DNA of 64,000 nucleotides from an uncultured Acidimicrobiales bacterium (GTDB lineage Bacteria; Actinomycetota; Acidimicrobiia; Acidimicrobiales; SZUA-35), in the NCBI GenBank assembly GCA_938021675.1, contig CALIFY010000010.1, positions 8,749-72,748 of the forward strand. Direction: 5' to 3'. A program made the position numbers and the translations under genes. Below are positions 33,395 to 43,038 of this stretch, one piece after another. The first letter of the stretch is position 1. Each line of letters opens with the position of its first letter. The notes under the pieces are model-generated. The model had not been told where the DNA came from, made no database searches, and worked only from the letters and a program-made list of their open reading frames with translations.

Positions 33395-33467
33395 GCGCTC
33401 ATCGAACAGCACCCCTCCCCAAAACAGCCGAGGAGGGAAGGCTTCCCTCACCAGCCTCCCCTCCTGA

Positions 33468-33493
33468 GGCGTCGCACGCACTGTTGCGACGCC
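33468..33493. terminator. Hairpin (9-bp perfect GC-rich stem, 8-nt loop) in a convergent gap
   Basis: GGCGTCGCA cgcactgt TGCGACGCC, 74 nt after the stop at 33394. More short stems lie at 33432-33448. Confidence 0.55.
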
Positions 33494-33638
33494 TAGTACG
33501 ACCCTATGTGACGGATCGTCGTCTGGTCAAGCACGCTCGAACCGAATATAATCTACGAGGTTGGCACCCCCGGTAGACCCGCGAGCACGCTGGAGCCGAT
33601 TCAGCAGTGGTCAGTCAGCACTGATCAGTCAGCACTGA

Positions 33639-36164
33639 TCAGTCGGCCCGGAGCACGTCGAGAATGTCGGCCTTGGCCGCGACCAGGGCGGGAAACCAGC
33701 TGGCGGCCGCCCCGCCGAGAAATCCGGCGAGCACGATGAGTAGGCCGGTCACCACATCGGTTTCCGGGTAGGTTATCTGGCCGTCGGACAGCGCCTGGAA
33801 GAAGGCGGTTGCCGAAACCCAGGCCAGTACCAAGCCGGAGACCACACCGACCAGGGCCAGCAGTCCGAACTCGGAGATCAGCGACCAGAAGATCTGGCGA
33901 CTGGACGCTCCGGCCGCTCGGATGGCGGCGATCTCCCCAACCCGTTCCGAGATGGCGAGCGACACCGTGTTTGCGATGCCGACCAGGGCGATGATCACCG
34001 CCACCGCTAGCAGGGCGTAGACCAGGGCCAGGATGGTGTCGAGGTTGGAGCTCAATCCGTCGACGTAGTCGTCGAGGGTGAGCACGTCGATGGTCGGTAG
34101 CCCGACCGCCGCCGTCAGCGCTGCCTCGTCGGCGTCGCCGGCGATGTAGGCCGCGGTCGCCGGTTCGCTGTAGCCCAGAGCGTCGCCGAGATCCAGGTCG
34201 CCGATGACGGCCGGTTGCGGGGCGCCGGGCAGCGACGTCTCGACGATGGCGGCAACGGCCAGTTCAACCTCGCCGGCCAGGGTGTTGACCTCGAGGGGGT
34301 CGCCGATGGCGAGGGTGAAACTGTCGGCCAAGGCCTGATCGATCACCACCGCGGTGCCGGTCACGTCGTCGAGCGACCCGGCGTTGACCGTGAATTCGTA
34401 CACGCCGGTGAGGGCGTCGAAGTCGGTGATAGCGGTGCCGAGGGCCGCATCGCCCGGGCCGACCCGTTCGATCTCTGCCTCGCCGAGCGGCGTGACCGAG
34501 GTCGAGTACAGCGGGACGACGTCGGTGACTCTGTCGACCGCGGCCAGGGCGGCCAACGTCTCGTCACCGAGGGCCGGTTCCGGCTGGTTGCCGATGCCCT
34601 GCACTACGTAGTCGGCCGACAGCGCGTCGGCCGAATCGCCGGCAACGAACTGGCCGATAGTGGCCGCCATCAGAGTGAAGAACGCGATCAGACTGATGCC
34701 GATCATGAGGGCGCTGGCGGCGGCCGAGGTCCGGCCGGCGTTGCGTTCCAGGTTACGGCTGGCCACAATCCCGGTCGGACCGGCCCGACCGAGCAGTGGC
34801 CGCACCGCAACGGCGGCCAGTCGGATCAGCGTGTCGGCGCCGAGGTAGAGGGCCAGGAAGGCGCCCCCGATCCCGATGCCGGTGAAGAGAATGTCGCCCT
34901 GGATCATGCCGTAGCCGAGGCAGCCGACCCCGATCGCCAAAGCGATCGCTGCTGCGATCAAACGTTTGCGACTGGCCGATGGCGGCTCCAATTCGGCCGA
35001 GCGTAAGGCCTCGATGGGGGCGACCGCGGTCGCTTTCCACGCCGGCCAGACCGCGGCGACCACCGTGACCCCCATGCCGACGATCACGCCGATAATGATG
35101 GCGGTGGACGAGATGGCGTTCGACCGTTCGATAGTCAGCCCGAGAAGGTCGAGGAACCACCCCATGCCGTTGACGCCGGCCAGGCCGACCAACACGCCGA
35201 TGAGGGTGCCGGCCGCGCCGAGGAACACCGCCTCGAGCACGACCTGGGCCATCAGCTGCCGTCGGGTGGTGCCGACGAGCCGTAGCAAAGCCAGCTCTTC
35301 GGTTCGTTGGGCGAGCGACACGGTGAACGTGTTGGTCACGATGACCATCCCGACCACCACCGCGATAACGGCGAAGACGGTGAGGAACGTGCTGAAAAAG
35401 CCGAGGAACTGGTCGAGCAGGTCGATCTGGTCAGCCACCCAGGCCGGCCCGGAGAGCACCTCGGTCCCGGGAGCGAGCGCCGCCGCCTCCTCGGTGCCGA
35501 CCGCTTCTCCGTCGCCGGCAACCAGCACGTAGTCGAAGCCTCGGGTCGGGGTGAAGACCGGGTCGCCGGCATCGATGAGTAGCGTCGAGGTGTAGGGGTC
35601 GTTGTCGGCGCCGCCGAAGGTGGCGATGCCGACCAGTTCGGCTTCCTGGAGGCCGGCGTCGGTGACGTAACGCAGGGTCGAGCCGACCTCCAGACCGGCG
35701 TTGTCGGCGGTGGAGGCGTCGACGGCGACCTCACCGAGGCCGGCCGGCGCGGTGCCGCTGATGATCTCGAAGCCGTTGAGGGCGGAGTCACCGAGCCACG
35801 GTTCGGCCACGTTGGACGACGTCTGATCCTGGCCGCCGGGGTTTCCGGCCGGGTCGAGGACCTGGGCGTAGGGGGAGGTGAAACCGACGGCCTCGTAGCC
35901 CTCGGCGGTCAGAGCGTCGACCACGGTCGGCGGGACGGGTGCGGTGATCCCGGCCACCGGGCCGTCACCGGCCGCGACCTCCGGTCCTCGGACGACGACA
36001 TCGACGCCGTCGTAGGCCTCGTTGAGGGGCTCACCTACGTCGGCGATGGAGGTGGTGAGGAGCAGGGTCGACACGATGAAGGCCACGGACAGGCCGATAG
36101 CGATCACGGTCAGGGAGTAGCGGTTCCGTTTGAACCAGGCCAGTTTGAAGGTCCGGCGGATCAT
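33639..36164 (-). CDS. ABC transporter permease, MacB/FtsX type with two FtsX modules and large extracytoplasmic domains
   Basis: 841 aa. The TM1-large loop-TM2-4 architecture occurs twice. The FtsX-like C-terminus is ...ISERVGEIAAIRAAGAS..QIFWSLISEF. Confidence 0.9.
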   Translation of the reverse strand: MIRRTFKLAWFKRNRYSLTVIAIGLSVAFIVSTLLLTTSIADVGEPLNEAYDGVDVVVRGPEVAAGDGPVAGITAPVPPTVVDALTAEGYEAVGFTSPYAQVLDPAGNPGGQDQTSSNVAEPWLGDSALNGFEIISGTAPAGLGEVAVDASTADNAGLEVGSTLRYVTDAGLQEAELVGIATFGGADNDPYTSTLLIDAGDPVFTPTRGFDYVLVAGDGEAVGTEEAAALAPGTEVLSGPAWVADQIDLLDQFLGFFSTFLTVFAVIAVVVGMVIVTNTFTVSLAQRTEELALLRLVGTTRRQLMAQVVLEAVFLGAAGTLIGVLVGLAGVNGMGWFLDLLGLTIERSNAISSTAIIIGVIVGMGVTVVAAVWPAWKATAVAPIEALRSAELEPPSASRKRLIAAAIALAIGVGCLGYGMIQGDILFTGIGIGGAFLALYLGADTLIRLAAVAVRPLLGRAGPTGIVASRNLERNAGRTSAAASALMIGISLIAFFTLMAATIGQFVAGDSADALSADYVVQGIGNQPEPALGDETLAALAAVDRVTDVVPLYSTSVTPLGEAEIERVGPGDAALGTAITDFDALTGVYEFTVNAGSLDDVTGTAVVIDQALADSFTLAIGDPLEVNTLAGEVELAVAAIVETSLPGAPQPAVIGDLDLGDALGYSEPATAAYIAGDADEAALTAAVGLPTIDVLTLDDYVDGLSSNLDTILALVYALLAVAVIIALVGIANTVSLAISERVGEIAAIRAAGASSRQIFWSLISEFGLLALVGVVSGLVLAWVSATAFFQALSDGQITYPETDVVTGLLIVLAGFLGGAAASWFPALVAAKADILDVLRAD

Positions 36165-36165
36165 G

Positions 36166-36960
36166 TCAGCTGAGCTCCCGGATCTTGTCGAGGATGTCGT
36201 CGACCGTCGGGTGGAGTGCTTCGCCGACGAGGCGTCCGTCCTGGACGTAAATGACCCGATCGCAGTGGCTGGCCGCCACCGCGTCGTGGGTGACCATGAC
36301 GATGGTTTGACCGAGATCGTCGACGGCCTTGCGGAGGTAGGCCAGCAACTCCCCCGAGGTCTTCGAGTCGAGGGCGCCGGTCGGTTCGTCGGCGAAGATC
36401 ACGTCGGGCCGGGGGATCATGGCCCGGGCCACCGCAACCCGCTGGCGTTGACCGCCCGAGAGCTGGCTCGGACGGTTCTCCATCCGGTTTGCGATGCCGA
36501 GCACATCGGTCAGCTCGGTCAGGAACGCCTCATCGACGTCGGCTCCGGAGTCGAGGTCGACCGGGAGGGTGATGTTCTCCCGGGCGCTGAGGGCGGGAAC
36601 CAGGTGGAACGACTGGAAGATGAAACCCAGCTTCGACCGGCGGAGCACCGACAGCTCCTGGTCGGTCAGGGTGGAGACGTCCACATCGCCGACGTAGGCG
36701 TGGCCCGACGTCAGCCGGTCGAGTCCGGACTGGCAGTACATCAGCGTCGACTTGCCGGAACCGGAGGGACCCATGACCGCGGTGAATTCACGGCGGCGGA
36801 ACCCGATGGTCACGTCGTCGAGGGCGGTCACCGCCGCATCGCCTTCCCCGAAGGTCTTGGTCGCACCGACCAACCGGGCAACGTTGTCGCCCGGTGTGTC
36901 GCTCGAAGCGTCGGACCGGCCCTTACCGACGCCGTCTGGTTGCAGAAGTTCCGTACTCAT
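36166..36960 (-). CDS. ABC transporter ATP-binding protein (MacB/LolD-like)
   Basis: Walker A GPSGSGKST, Q-loop, signature LSGGQRQRVAVARA, Walker B VIFADEPTGALD. Its stop is 1 nt from the permease start. Confidence 0.9.
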   Translation of the reverse strand: MSTELLQPDGVGKGRSDASSDTPGDNVARLVGATKTFGEGDAAVTALDDVTIGFRRREFTAVMGPSGSGKSTLMYCQSGLDRLTSGHAYVGDVDVSTLTDQELSVLRRSKLGFIFQSFHLVPALSARENITLPVDLDSGADVDEAFLTELTDVLGIANRMENRPSQLSGGQRQRVAVARAMIPRPDVIFADEPTGALDSKTSGELLAYLRKAVDDLGQTIVMVTHDAVAASHCDRVIYVQDGRLVGEALHPTVDDILDKIRELS

Positions 36961-37073
36961 GGTGCACGACCCTAGGAGCGCAAGATGAGGCGAACCTGGG
37001 GCGAAGCTGAGTTCTTACTGAAGTTGGGCGACGGACGGTTGCCCTCGGCCTTCGGAGGCGTCACCCTGGCGTT

Positions 37074-37832
37074 GTGACGCTTCCGCCCGACACGGCCCCG
37101 AACACATCGTCGCAGACCGTTCTTCTCGTGGAGGACGACCGAGGTCTGCGGGAGTCGCTGGCCACCGTGTTGGCCTATCAGGGCCTCGGGATCATCGAGG
37201 CCGACGACGCCGAGGAAGCCCTCAGGCTTCTGGGGGAGTGCGCCGTAGACCTGGTGGTACTGGATGTGAACCTGCCGGGGGCCGACGGCCTCGACCTGCT
37301 CCGGCGGCTCCGAGCCGATGGCGACGACCGGCAGGTGCTGCTGCTCACCGCCCGCCACGAGGTTGCCGATCGGGTTGCCGGGCTGGACGCCGGGGCCGAC
37401 GACTACCTGCCGAAACCGTTCGCGCTCGATGAGCTTCTGGCCCGGGTCCGGGTCATGCTTCGCCGGGCCGATACCCCGACGGCGAACCCGGGCGGGGCCG
37501 GTCCCAGCGACCGTTTGACGGTTGGTCGGGTCACGGTTGAGCCTGGGGCCCGACGGGTCCTCGTGGCCGGCGTCGAGGTGACCTTGACCAAGCTCGAATA
37601 CGATCTGTTCGAACTCTTGGCTCGCCACCTCGATCAGGTTCTACCTCGGGCCGTGATTCACGAACGAGTGTGGGGGTACGACGAGGACACGGCCTCCAAC
37701 ACGTTGGAGGTACTGATGTCGGGCCTGCGGCGGAAGCTCGAAGCGGCCGGCGCCGGGCAGGTCATCCATACCGTACGGGGCGTCGGCTACGTGGCCCGGC
37801 CGGTGGCCGATGTCGACGGGGACCGTACGTGA
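37074..37832 (+). CDS. OmpR-family response regulator
   Basis: Receiver domain VLLVEDD...LVVLDVNLPGADG...LLLTA...DDYLPKPF. Winged-helix output domain LTKLEYDLFELLARH...IHTVRGVGY. Confidence 0.9.
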   Translation: MTLPPDTAPNTSSQTVLLVEDDRGLRESLATVLAYQGLGIIEADDAEEALRLLGECAVDLVVLDVNLPGADGLDLLRRLRADGDDRQVLLLTARHEVADRVAGLDAGADDYLPKPFALDELLARVRVMLRRADTPTANPGGAGPSDRLTVGRVTVEPGARRVLVAGVEVTLTKLEYDLFELLARHLDQVLPRAVIHERVWGYDEDTASNTLEVLMSGLRRKLEAAGAGQVIHTVRGVGYVARPVADVDGDRT

Positions 37833-39265
37833 CGGCGCGGCAGCGACTGGCCCGCCCGCTCGGCGGGGGTGGTCGACACCTTCGCCGAAGGACGGCGGTT
37901 GGCGTCGGGGCGGTCACGACCCTCGTGGTGTTTGTGTTCGGCATCGCCTCGTGGCTGCTGTTCGCCCATAGTTTGCGAGCCACCGTCGACGACGATCTTC
38001 GGAGCGTGGCCAATACCATCTCGGCCCGGCAACCGGACGACGTTCTGGTCGCGGCCGGTGAAAACGAACGGGTCGGCGAGTTTGATCAGCTCCCGACCGG
38101 CGGCGACCGTCCACCCGTTCCGTATATCGAGGTCCTGGCCCCGGACGGCACCCAAGTCGTCGGTGCGCTCCCGGTGACCGATGCGGCGGTCGCGGCGGCA
38201 ACCGGCGACGGTGGCCAGGTGCTTGAGACGTTGGACGTCGACGGCCGGTACATCCGCATGCTCACCGTCCCAGCCGATCCCGATCCCGATCCCGATCCCG
38301 ATTCCGATGTCGGCGGTGGGGCGGTCCGCGTCGGCATCGACATGACAAACATCGTCGAAGGTCTACGCCAGGCCCGGGCCGGTACGGTTCTGGCCGGTCT
38401 GACGGCCGGCCTGTTGGCCGCCGCAATCGCCTGGTTGATGGCCGGGCGTCTGATCGCCCCGGTCACCGCGGTGGCCGCGGCCGCCGACCATTTGCGCCGT
38501 CATCAGGATCTACCCGACCGGCTGGAGGGCGAAGGCGACGACGAATTGGGGCAGCTGGTCCGGAGTTTCAATGCGTTGCTCGACGATCTACGGGAGAGCC
38601 GTGAGAGTCAACGCCGACTCGTGGCCGACGCTAGCCATGAACTCCGCACCCCGCTGACGAGCCTGCGAGTTAAGACCGAGTTCATCCAATCCAGCCCCGA
38701 GCTTCGGACCGAGGAGCGGCAACGGCTGCTCGACGGGGCGGTGGCCGACCTTGCGTCGCTCAGCGAGCTGGTCAGTGAACTGGTCGAGCTGGCCGCCGAG
38801 GGGGCCACCCCGGAGCGGGCCCGTCTGGTCGACCTCGCCGACCTGGTGGAAGGCGTCGTGGAGCAGTTCCGGGCGACGAGCGGCCGGACAGTGACGGTCT
38901 CGACCGCTCCGGGCATGGTCGAGACCCGGCCGCGGCAGGCGACCCGGGCACTGAACAATCTGCTGGTCAACGCCCATAAGTACTCGCCGTCAGGCGAGCC
39001 GATCAGCGTTACTCAGGACGGACCTCGGATCGCCGTTCGCGACCACGGACCCGGCATTCCGGTCGATGAGCGGGACCGGGTCTTCGATCGTTTCCATCGC
39101 GGGGCGGCCCACCAGTCGATCGACGGCAGCGGCCTCGGCCTGGCCATCGTCGAATCGGTGGCAACGGCCAACGACGGTGCGACGTGGGTCGAAGACCCAC
39201 CCGATGCCGGACCAGGCGTCGTCGTCGGCTTCTCGGTCGGCCCAAGCCCGACGGGCGCCGACTGA
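37829..39265 (+). CDS. Sensor histidine kinase (2 TM helices, extracytoplasmic loop, HAMP, HisKA, HATPase_c)
   Basis: GTG 37829 overlaps the regulator's stop (GTGA). H-box SHELRTPLTSL, N-box LLVNAHKYS, G1 RDHGPGIP, G2 GSGLGLAIV. The track start 37670 lies inside the regulator gene. Confidence 0.85.
   Translation: MTARQRLARPLGGGGRHLRRRTAVGVGAVTTLVVFVFGIASWLLFAHSLRATVDDDLRSVANTISARQPDDVLVAAGENERVGEFDQLPTGGDRPPVPYIEVLAPDGTQVVGALPVTDAAVAAATGDGGQVLETLDVDGRYIRMLTVPADPDPDPDPDSDVGGGAVRVGIDMTNIVEGLRQARAGTVLAGLTAGLLAAAIAWLMAGRLIAPVTAVAAAADHLRRHQDLPDRLEGEGDDELGQLVRSFNALLDDLRESRESQRRLVADASHELRTPLTSLRVKTEFIQSSPELRTEERQRLLDGAVADLASLSELVSELVELAAEGATPERARLVDLADLVEGVVEQFRATSGRTVTVSTAPGMVETRPRQATRALNNLLVNAHKYSPSGEPISVTQDGPRIAVRDHGPGIPVDERDRVFDRFHRGAAHQSIDGSGLGLAIVESVATANDGATWVEDPPDAGPGVVVGFSVGPSPTGAD
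38276..38308. repeat. Coding hexanucleotide repeat (GATCCC)4-5 encoding DPDPDPDPDSD in the kinase sensor loop
   Basis: Read directly. Confidence 0.85.
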
Positions 39266-39277
39266 ACCAGATCGCCC

Positions 39278-40189
39278 CTAGGAGGCAACAAATCGGCCGG
39301 GCTCGACCTCGGTGGCCTCGCCTCGGTCGATCATCCTGGCCAGATGCAACTCGGCGGTACGCTGTTCGACCGTGTCGACAAGCGTGCCTTCGACATGCGG
39401 TCTGTACACGAACCGATTGGCCACCATCTCGGCAACCGTCCGAGGTTCGACAAGGTAGTCGAGCATTGCGCTATGGCGGGCTGGGATGACGGCACGAAAC
39501 GCATCGATCAGTTCGATGAAACGATCCCGGCCATCGATGATTCCCTTGTGGTGGAACGTCACGTACCAACGAGCGTCGATCTCTCTCGCTATCTGAAGGC
39601 TTTGGTCGAACTGCTCGAGATCGGACCAAGCGTCTCCGTAGTAGGGGCCAAATCCGGTCAGGTCGATATCGGAAAGGAAGAACACGTCGCCGATAATCAG
39701 TCCGCTATGACCGCGGGTGTGACCCGGCAAGTGGAGGGCCTCGATGGTCACCCCGCCGCCGAGGTTGAATACGTCACCGTCTTCGAATCCCTCTACGTCT
39801 TCGCGGCCTTGGTAGTGAAACTCTTCGGTTACCTGCCGTTCGAAATCGGTTCGGATCTGGCCCTCCAGTCCGTACACGTCGAGAAGCCCGTCCAATGACC
39901 GGACCGCCGGTACGTCGTCGCGGTGGACGTGTATGCGGGCATCGGGAAACGACCCGTTGCCGGCCATGTGGTCCTCGTGCCCGTGGGAGTTGATGATCAC
40001 ATCGACCTCAGGCTCTACCCCGCCATTGGCCACGACGGTTATCGACGGGTCGATCAACGCCGTTTCCGCCGCCCCCTCGACCAAAACCGAGTTCCCGGAC
40101 GGGTACCGACCGTTATTTTCGCCGACTACCACGCTCACCGCTGCGGATAACTGCACCAGACCGTCGTCGTGAGACTCTTGTCGATTCAC
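39278..40189 (-). CDS. MBL-fold metallo-hydrolase
   Basis: 303 aa with INSHGHEDHMAGN, LHLPGHTRGHSG and a downstream Asp/His. Confidence 0.8.
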   Translation of the reverse strand: MNRQESHDDGLVQLSAAVSVVVGENNGRYPSGNSVLVEGAAETALIDPSITVVANGGVEPEVDVIINSHGHEDHMAGNGSFPDARIHVHRDDVPAVRSLDGLLDVYGLEGQIRTDFERQVTEEFHYQGREDVEGFEDGDVFNLGGGVTIEALHLPGHTRGHSGLIIGDVFFLSDIDLTGFGPYYGDAWSDLEQFDQSLQIAREIDARWYVTFHHKGIIDGRDRFIELIDAFRAVIPARHSAMLDYLVEPRTVAEMVANRFVYRPHVEGTLVDTVEQRTAELHLARMIDRGEATEVEPGRFVAS

Positions 40190-40235
40190 GTATTGAAGCT
40201 AGCCGGTTTGACGATCTTCGTGCGACACTGGCTCG

Positions 40236-41165
40236 ATGGCGCCGAGTAGTGAGTTGACCTGGTACGACCTCCCCGAGTTGAGGCGGCCGCTGCTGCTGCT
40301 GGCATTCGAGGGGATGTTCGACGCAGCCGAGGCGGCGACCGGCGCCCTGCAGTGGATCCGTGAGCGCACGGAGTCAACCGAAGTGGCCATGATCGACCCC
40401 GAAATCTTCTTTAATTTTCAAGAAGCTCGCCCTGTGGTTCGGCTGGATGCGGACGGCGACCGGGTCATCGATTGGCCGACCACCGACATTCATTCGATCA
40501 TCACCGAGTTCAGTCGCGACCTGGTCATCATGACCGGCGTTGAACCCCATCTCCGGTGGCGAAGTTTTAGCGATCACGTGCTTGAGGTCGCCCGCCGAAG
40601 CCGCTGCGAAATGGTCGTGACGGTCGGCGCCTTCATCGGGATGGTGCCCCACACCCGCCCCTTCTCGGTTACCGGCAGTGCCGTCCACCCCGAGCTGGCT
40701 CGCCGGTTGAACCTGTCACGCCCATCGTATGAAGGGCCGACCGGTGTGGTCGGCACGATCAACGAACGGCTCGAACGTTCGAACGTTCCGGTCATCTCGT
40801 TACGGGTCGAAGTGCCTCACTACGTGCCCGGTGCTCCCAACCCCAAAGCGACCCAGGCGCTGTTGCGCCGCCTCCAGCAGACCACCGGTGTCGATACCGG
40901 CTATGAAGAACTGGATGGCGAGGTTTCGGAGTGGGTGACTCGGGTCGACGATGCGGTTTCCTCCGACGAGGAAAGCCGAGAGTACGTCGAACGCCTTGAG
41001 CGACAGGTCGACTCCGACGAAGACCTGTTGCCGAGCGGCGACGATCTGGCGGCCGAACTTGAAGCGTTCCTACGAGATCAGCATCAGGACGAAGACGGCG
41101 ACGACCCGGACGACGATGAGTCCGCCGGTGAAGGGGAGGAATCGGCAGACGATGAGGTGGAGTAA
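40236..41165 (+). CDS. PAC2 (proteasome assembly chaperone 2)-family protein with an acidic tail
   Basis: 309 aa. LLLLAFEGMFDAAEAATGAL..., LVIMTGVEPHLRW and HYVPGAPNPKATQALL resemble actinobacterial PAC2-family proteins. Recognised by memory only. Confidence 0.7.
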   Translation: MAPSSELTWYDLPELRRPLLLLAFEGMFDAAEAATGALQWIRERTESTEVAMIDPEIFFNFQEARPVVRLDADGDRVIDWPTTDIHSIITEFSRDLVIMTGVEPHLRWRSFSDHVLEVARRSRCEMVVTVGAFIGMVPHTRPFSVTGSAVHPELARRLNLSRPSYEGPTGVVGTINERLERSNVPVISLRVEVPHYVPGAPNPKATQALLRRLQQTTGVDTGYEELDGEVSEWVTRVDDAVSSDEESREYVERLERQVDSDEDLLPSGDDLAAELEAFLRDQHQDEDGDDPDDDESAGEGEESADDEVE

Positions 41166-41230
41166 CCGGTAGCCGGTCGTCGGCTGTAACGCTGGTGTGC
41201 CTCGTGGTTTGGTTCCCTAGCCTGATCGGC

Positions 41231-42976
41231 ATGCGGATCGCCGTGGCCATACTTATCTTGGCCTGTTCGTTGGTCGGCTGTTCAGCCGGGCCGAACACCG
41301 CGGCGTGTCCTCCGGCTGGCCAGTCGGTGGCTCGGGTATGGAATGAATCGGCCCTTGCCGCCATCCGACGGGATTTCCCGGCACCGACCGTCCATGCCAG
41401 GAACTTGTTTCATACCTCGGTAGCGATGTGGGATACGTGGGCCGCCTTCGATCCGGACGCTCGGTCATACCTCTCCGAGGTGGTCCCGCCCGAAGGTGAC
41501 GCTGTCGACCGAGAAGCGGCCGTCGCTTTCGCTGCTCACACCGTGTTGAGCGAGCGTTACCGGATGGCGGTCGGAGCCGATGAGTCGTTGGCCGCCTTCG
41601 ATCAGCTCCTCGTCGACTTGTGCCTCGATCCGGCGGCGCCGGAGCCGTTCGGGGTTGCCGTTGGCGAGGCCATTCTGGCCGCCACCATCGACGATGGCTC
41701 GAAGGAAGCCGACGTCTACGTTTCCGACTTCGACGTGGTAAACGAGCCGCTGGTCATCGGCCAGCCCGGTACCGAGATGGTCGATCCGAACCGTTGGCAG
41801 CAGCTTGAGTTCCAGGTCTCCATGACTCAGAACGGGCAACTGCTGGAGAGCAACGTTCAGGAGTACGTCGGACCGCATTGGGGCTCGGTTGTGCCGTTCG
41901 CCCTACCGTCGGACGCTGACGGGCTCCCGATCGATCCCGGTCCGCCGCCATTGTTTGATGAGGGAGACGACGAAGAATTCCGGGCTGCGGCCTTGGAGGT
42001 AGTGATTGCCTCCTCTCGTCTCGATCCGGCCGACGGGGTCATCATCGACATCGGCCCCGGCCGGCGAGGGGGAAATAGCCTCGGTCGCAACGATGGGAAC
42101 GGACGACCGACCAACCCCATCACCGGCGACGACTACGAGCCGAACGAGGTGAAGGCCGCCGACTACTACCGGGCCATCGCCGAGTTTTGGGCCGACGGAC
42201 CGGACTCCGAAACGCCTCCCGGTCATTGGAACACCTTGGCAAACCAGGTCTCCGATGAGCTGGCCGAGCGGGGGGACGAGTACCGCATCGGTGGTGATGG
42301 GGAGGCGGTCGACCGGTTGCAGTGGGATCTGACGATGTACTTTGCGCTCAACGGCGCCCTTCACGACGCGGCTGTCGCGGCTTGGGGTGCCAAGGCGCAC
42401 TACGACTATGTCCGGCCGATCTCGATGATTCGGTGGCTCGGCGGCCGTGGGCTGTTGTCGGAACAATCCGAAGTTGTCGACACGGTGACCGCCGAGTCGA
42501 GCGCCGCCGGGGAGCGGCACGAAGGGTTAGCCGAACACGTTGGGGAGACGGCGATTCTGGCCTGGGCACCGGAGCCGGTGTATTTCGGCGAGGACGCCGC
42601 CCCGGTCCGGTGGATTTTGGCCTCGGAGTGGGTGCCCTATCAGCGTCGAACTTTTGTTACCCCAGCCTTTCCCGGGTACGTATCCGGTCACAGCACGTTC
42701 AGCCGGGCCGCGGCCGAGATCTTGACCGCCCTGACCGGCTCGGAGTACTTCCCTGGCGGCATGGCTGGTCACGTCGTGGACGAGCTTGAGTTCGGCGACG
42801 ACGTGACCGAACCGGTCGATCTCGGTTGGGCGACCTATTTCGATGCAGCCGATGAGGCCGGAATCTCCCGCATCTACGGGGGGATTCACATCGAGGCTGA
42901 CGATCTGGCCGGCCGAGTCATGGGGGCCGAGGTCGGACGGCTGGCCTGGGCTAAGGCGGAGGGTTACCTACCCTAA
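41231..42976 (+). CDS. Lipoprotein of the PAP2 / vanadium-haloperoxidase-related superfamily
   Basis: ATG 41231 gives the lipobox MRIAVAILILACSLVGCSAG. PAP2 motifs YVRPISMIRW, PGYVSGHSTFSRAAAE and SRIYGGIHIEADD. Confidence 0.7.
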   Translation: MRIAVAILILACSLVGCSAGPNTAACPPAGQSVARVWNESALAAIRRDFPAPTVHARNLFHTSVAMWDTWAAFDPDARSYLSEVVPPEGDAVDREAAVAFAAHTVLSERYRMAVGADESLAAFDQLLVDLCLDPAAPEPFGVAVGEAILAATIDDGSKEADVYVSDFDVVNEPLVIGQPGTEMVDPNRWQQLEFQVSMTQNGQLLESNVQEYVGPHWGSVVPFALPSDADGLPIDPGPPPLFDEGDDEEFRAAALEVVIASSRLDPADGVIIDIGPGRRGGNSLGRNDGNGRPTNPITGDDYEPNEVKAADYYRAIAEFWADGPDSETPPGHWNTLANQVSDELAERGDEYRIGGDGEAVDRLQWDLTMYFALNGALHDAAVAAWGAKAHYDYVRPISMIRWLGGRGLLSEQSEVVDTVTAESSAAGERHEGLAEHVGETAILAWAPEPVYFGEDAAPVRWILASEWVPYQRRTFVTPAFPGYVSGHSTFSRAAAEILTALTGSEYFPGGMAGHVVDELEFGDDVTEPVDLGWATYFDAADEAGISRIYGGIHIEADDLAGRVMGAEVGRLAWAKAEGYLP

Positions 42977-43038
42977 GACTGTCGTGTTCGTCGGTTCCCC
43001 CGACCGACAGGTCTCGTACCGCTGGCTCAGGGAGTGTC

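Noticed and set aside
33612-33640. Short tandem duplication GTCAGCACTGATCA x2 just downstream of the ABC permease stop.
   Set aside because: There are only two copies, abutting the gene's 3' end. This is most simply a slippage duplication, and no further structure or function could be argued.
37670-37828. 53-codon upstream extension of the histidine-kinase ORF.
   Set aside because: It lies inside the response-regulator gene in another frame. GTG 37829 gives the usual GTGA-coupled RR-HK junction and a sensible N-terminus preceding TM1.
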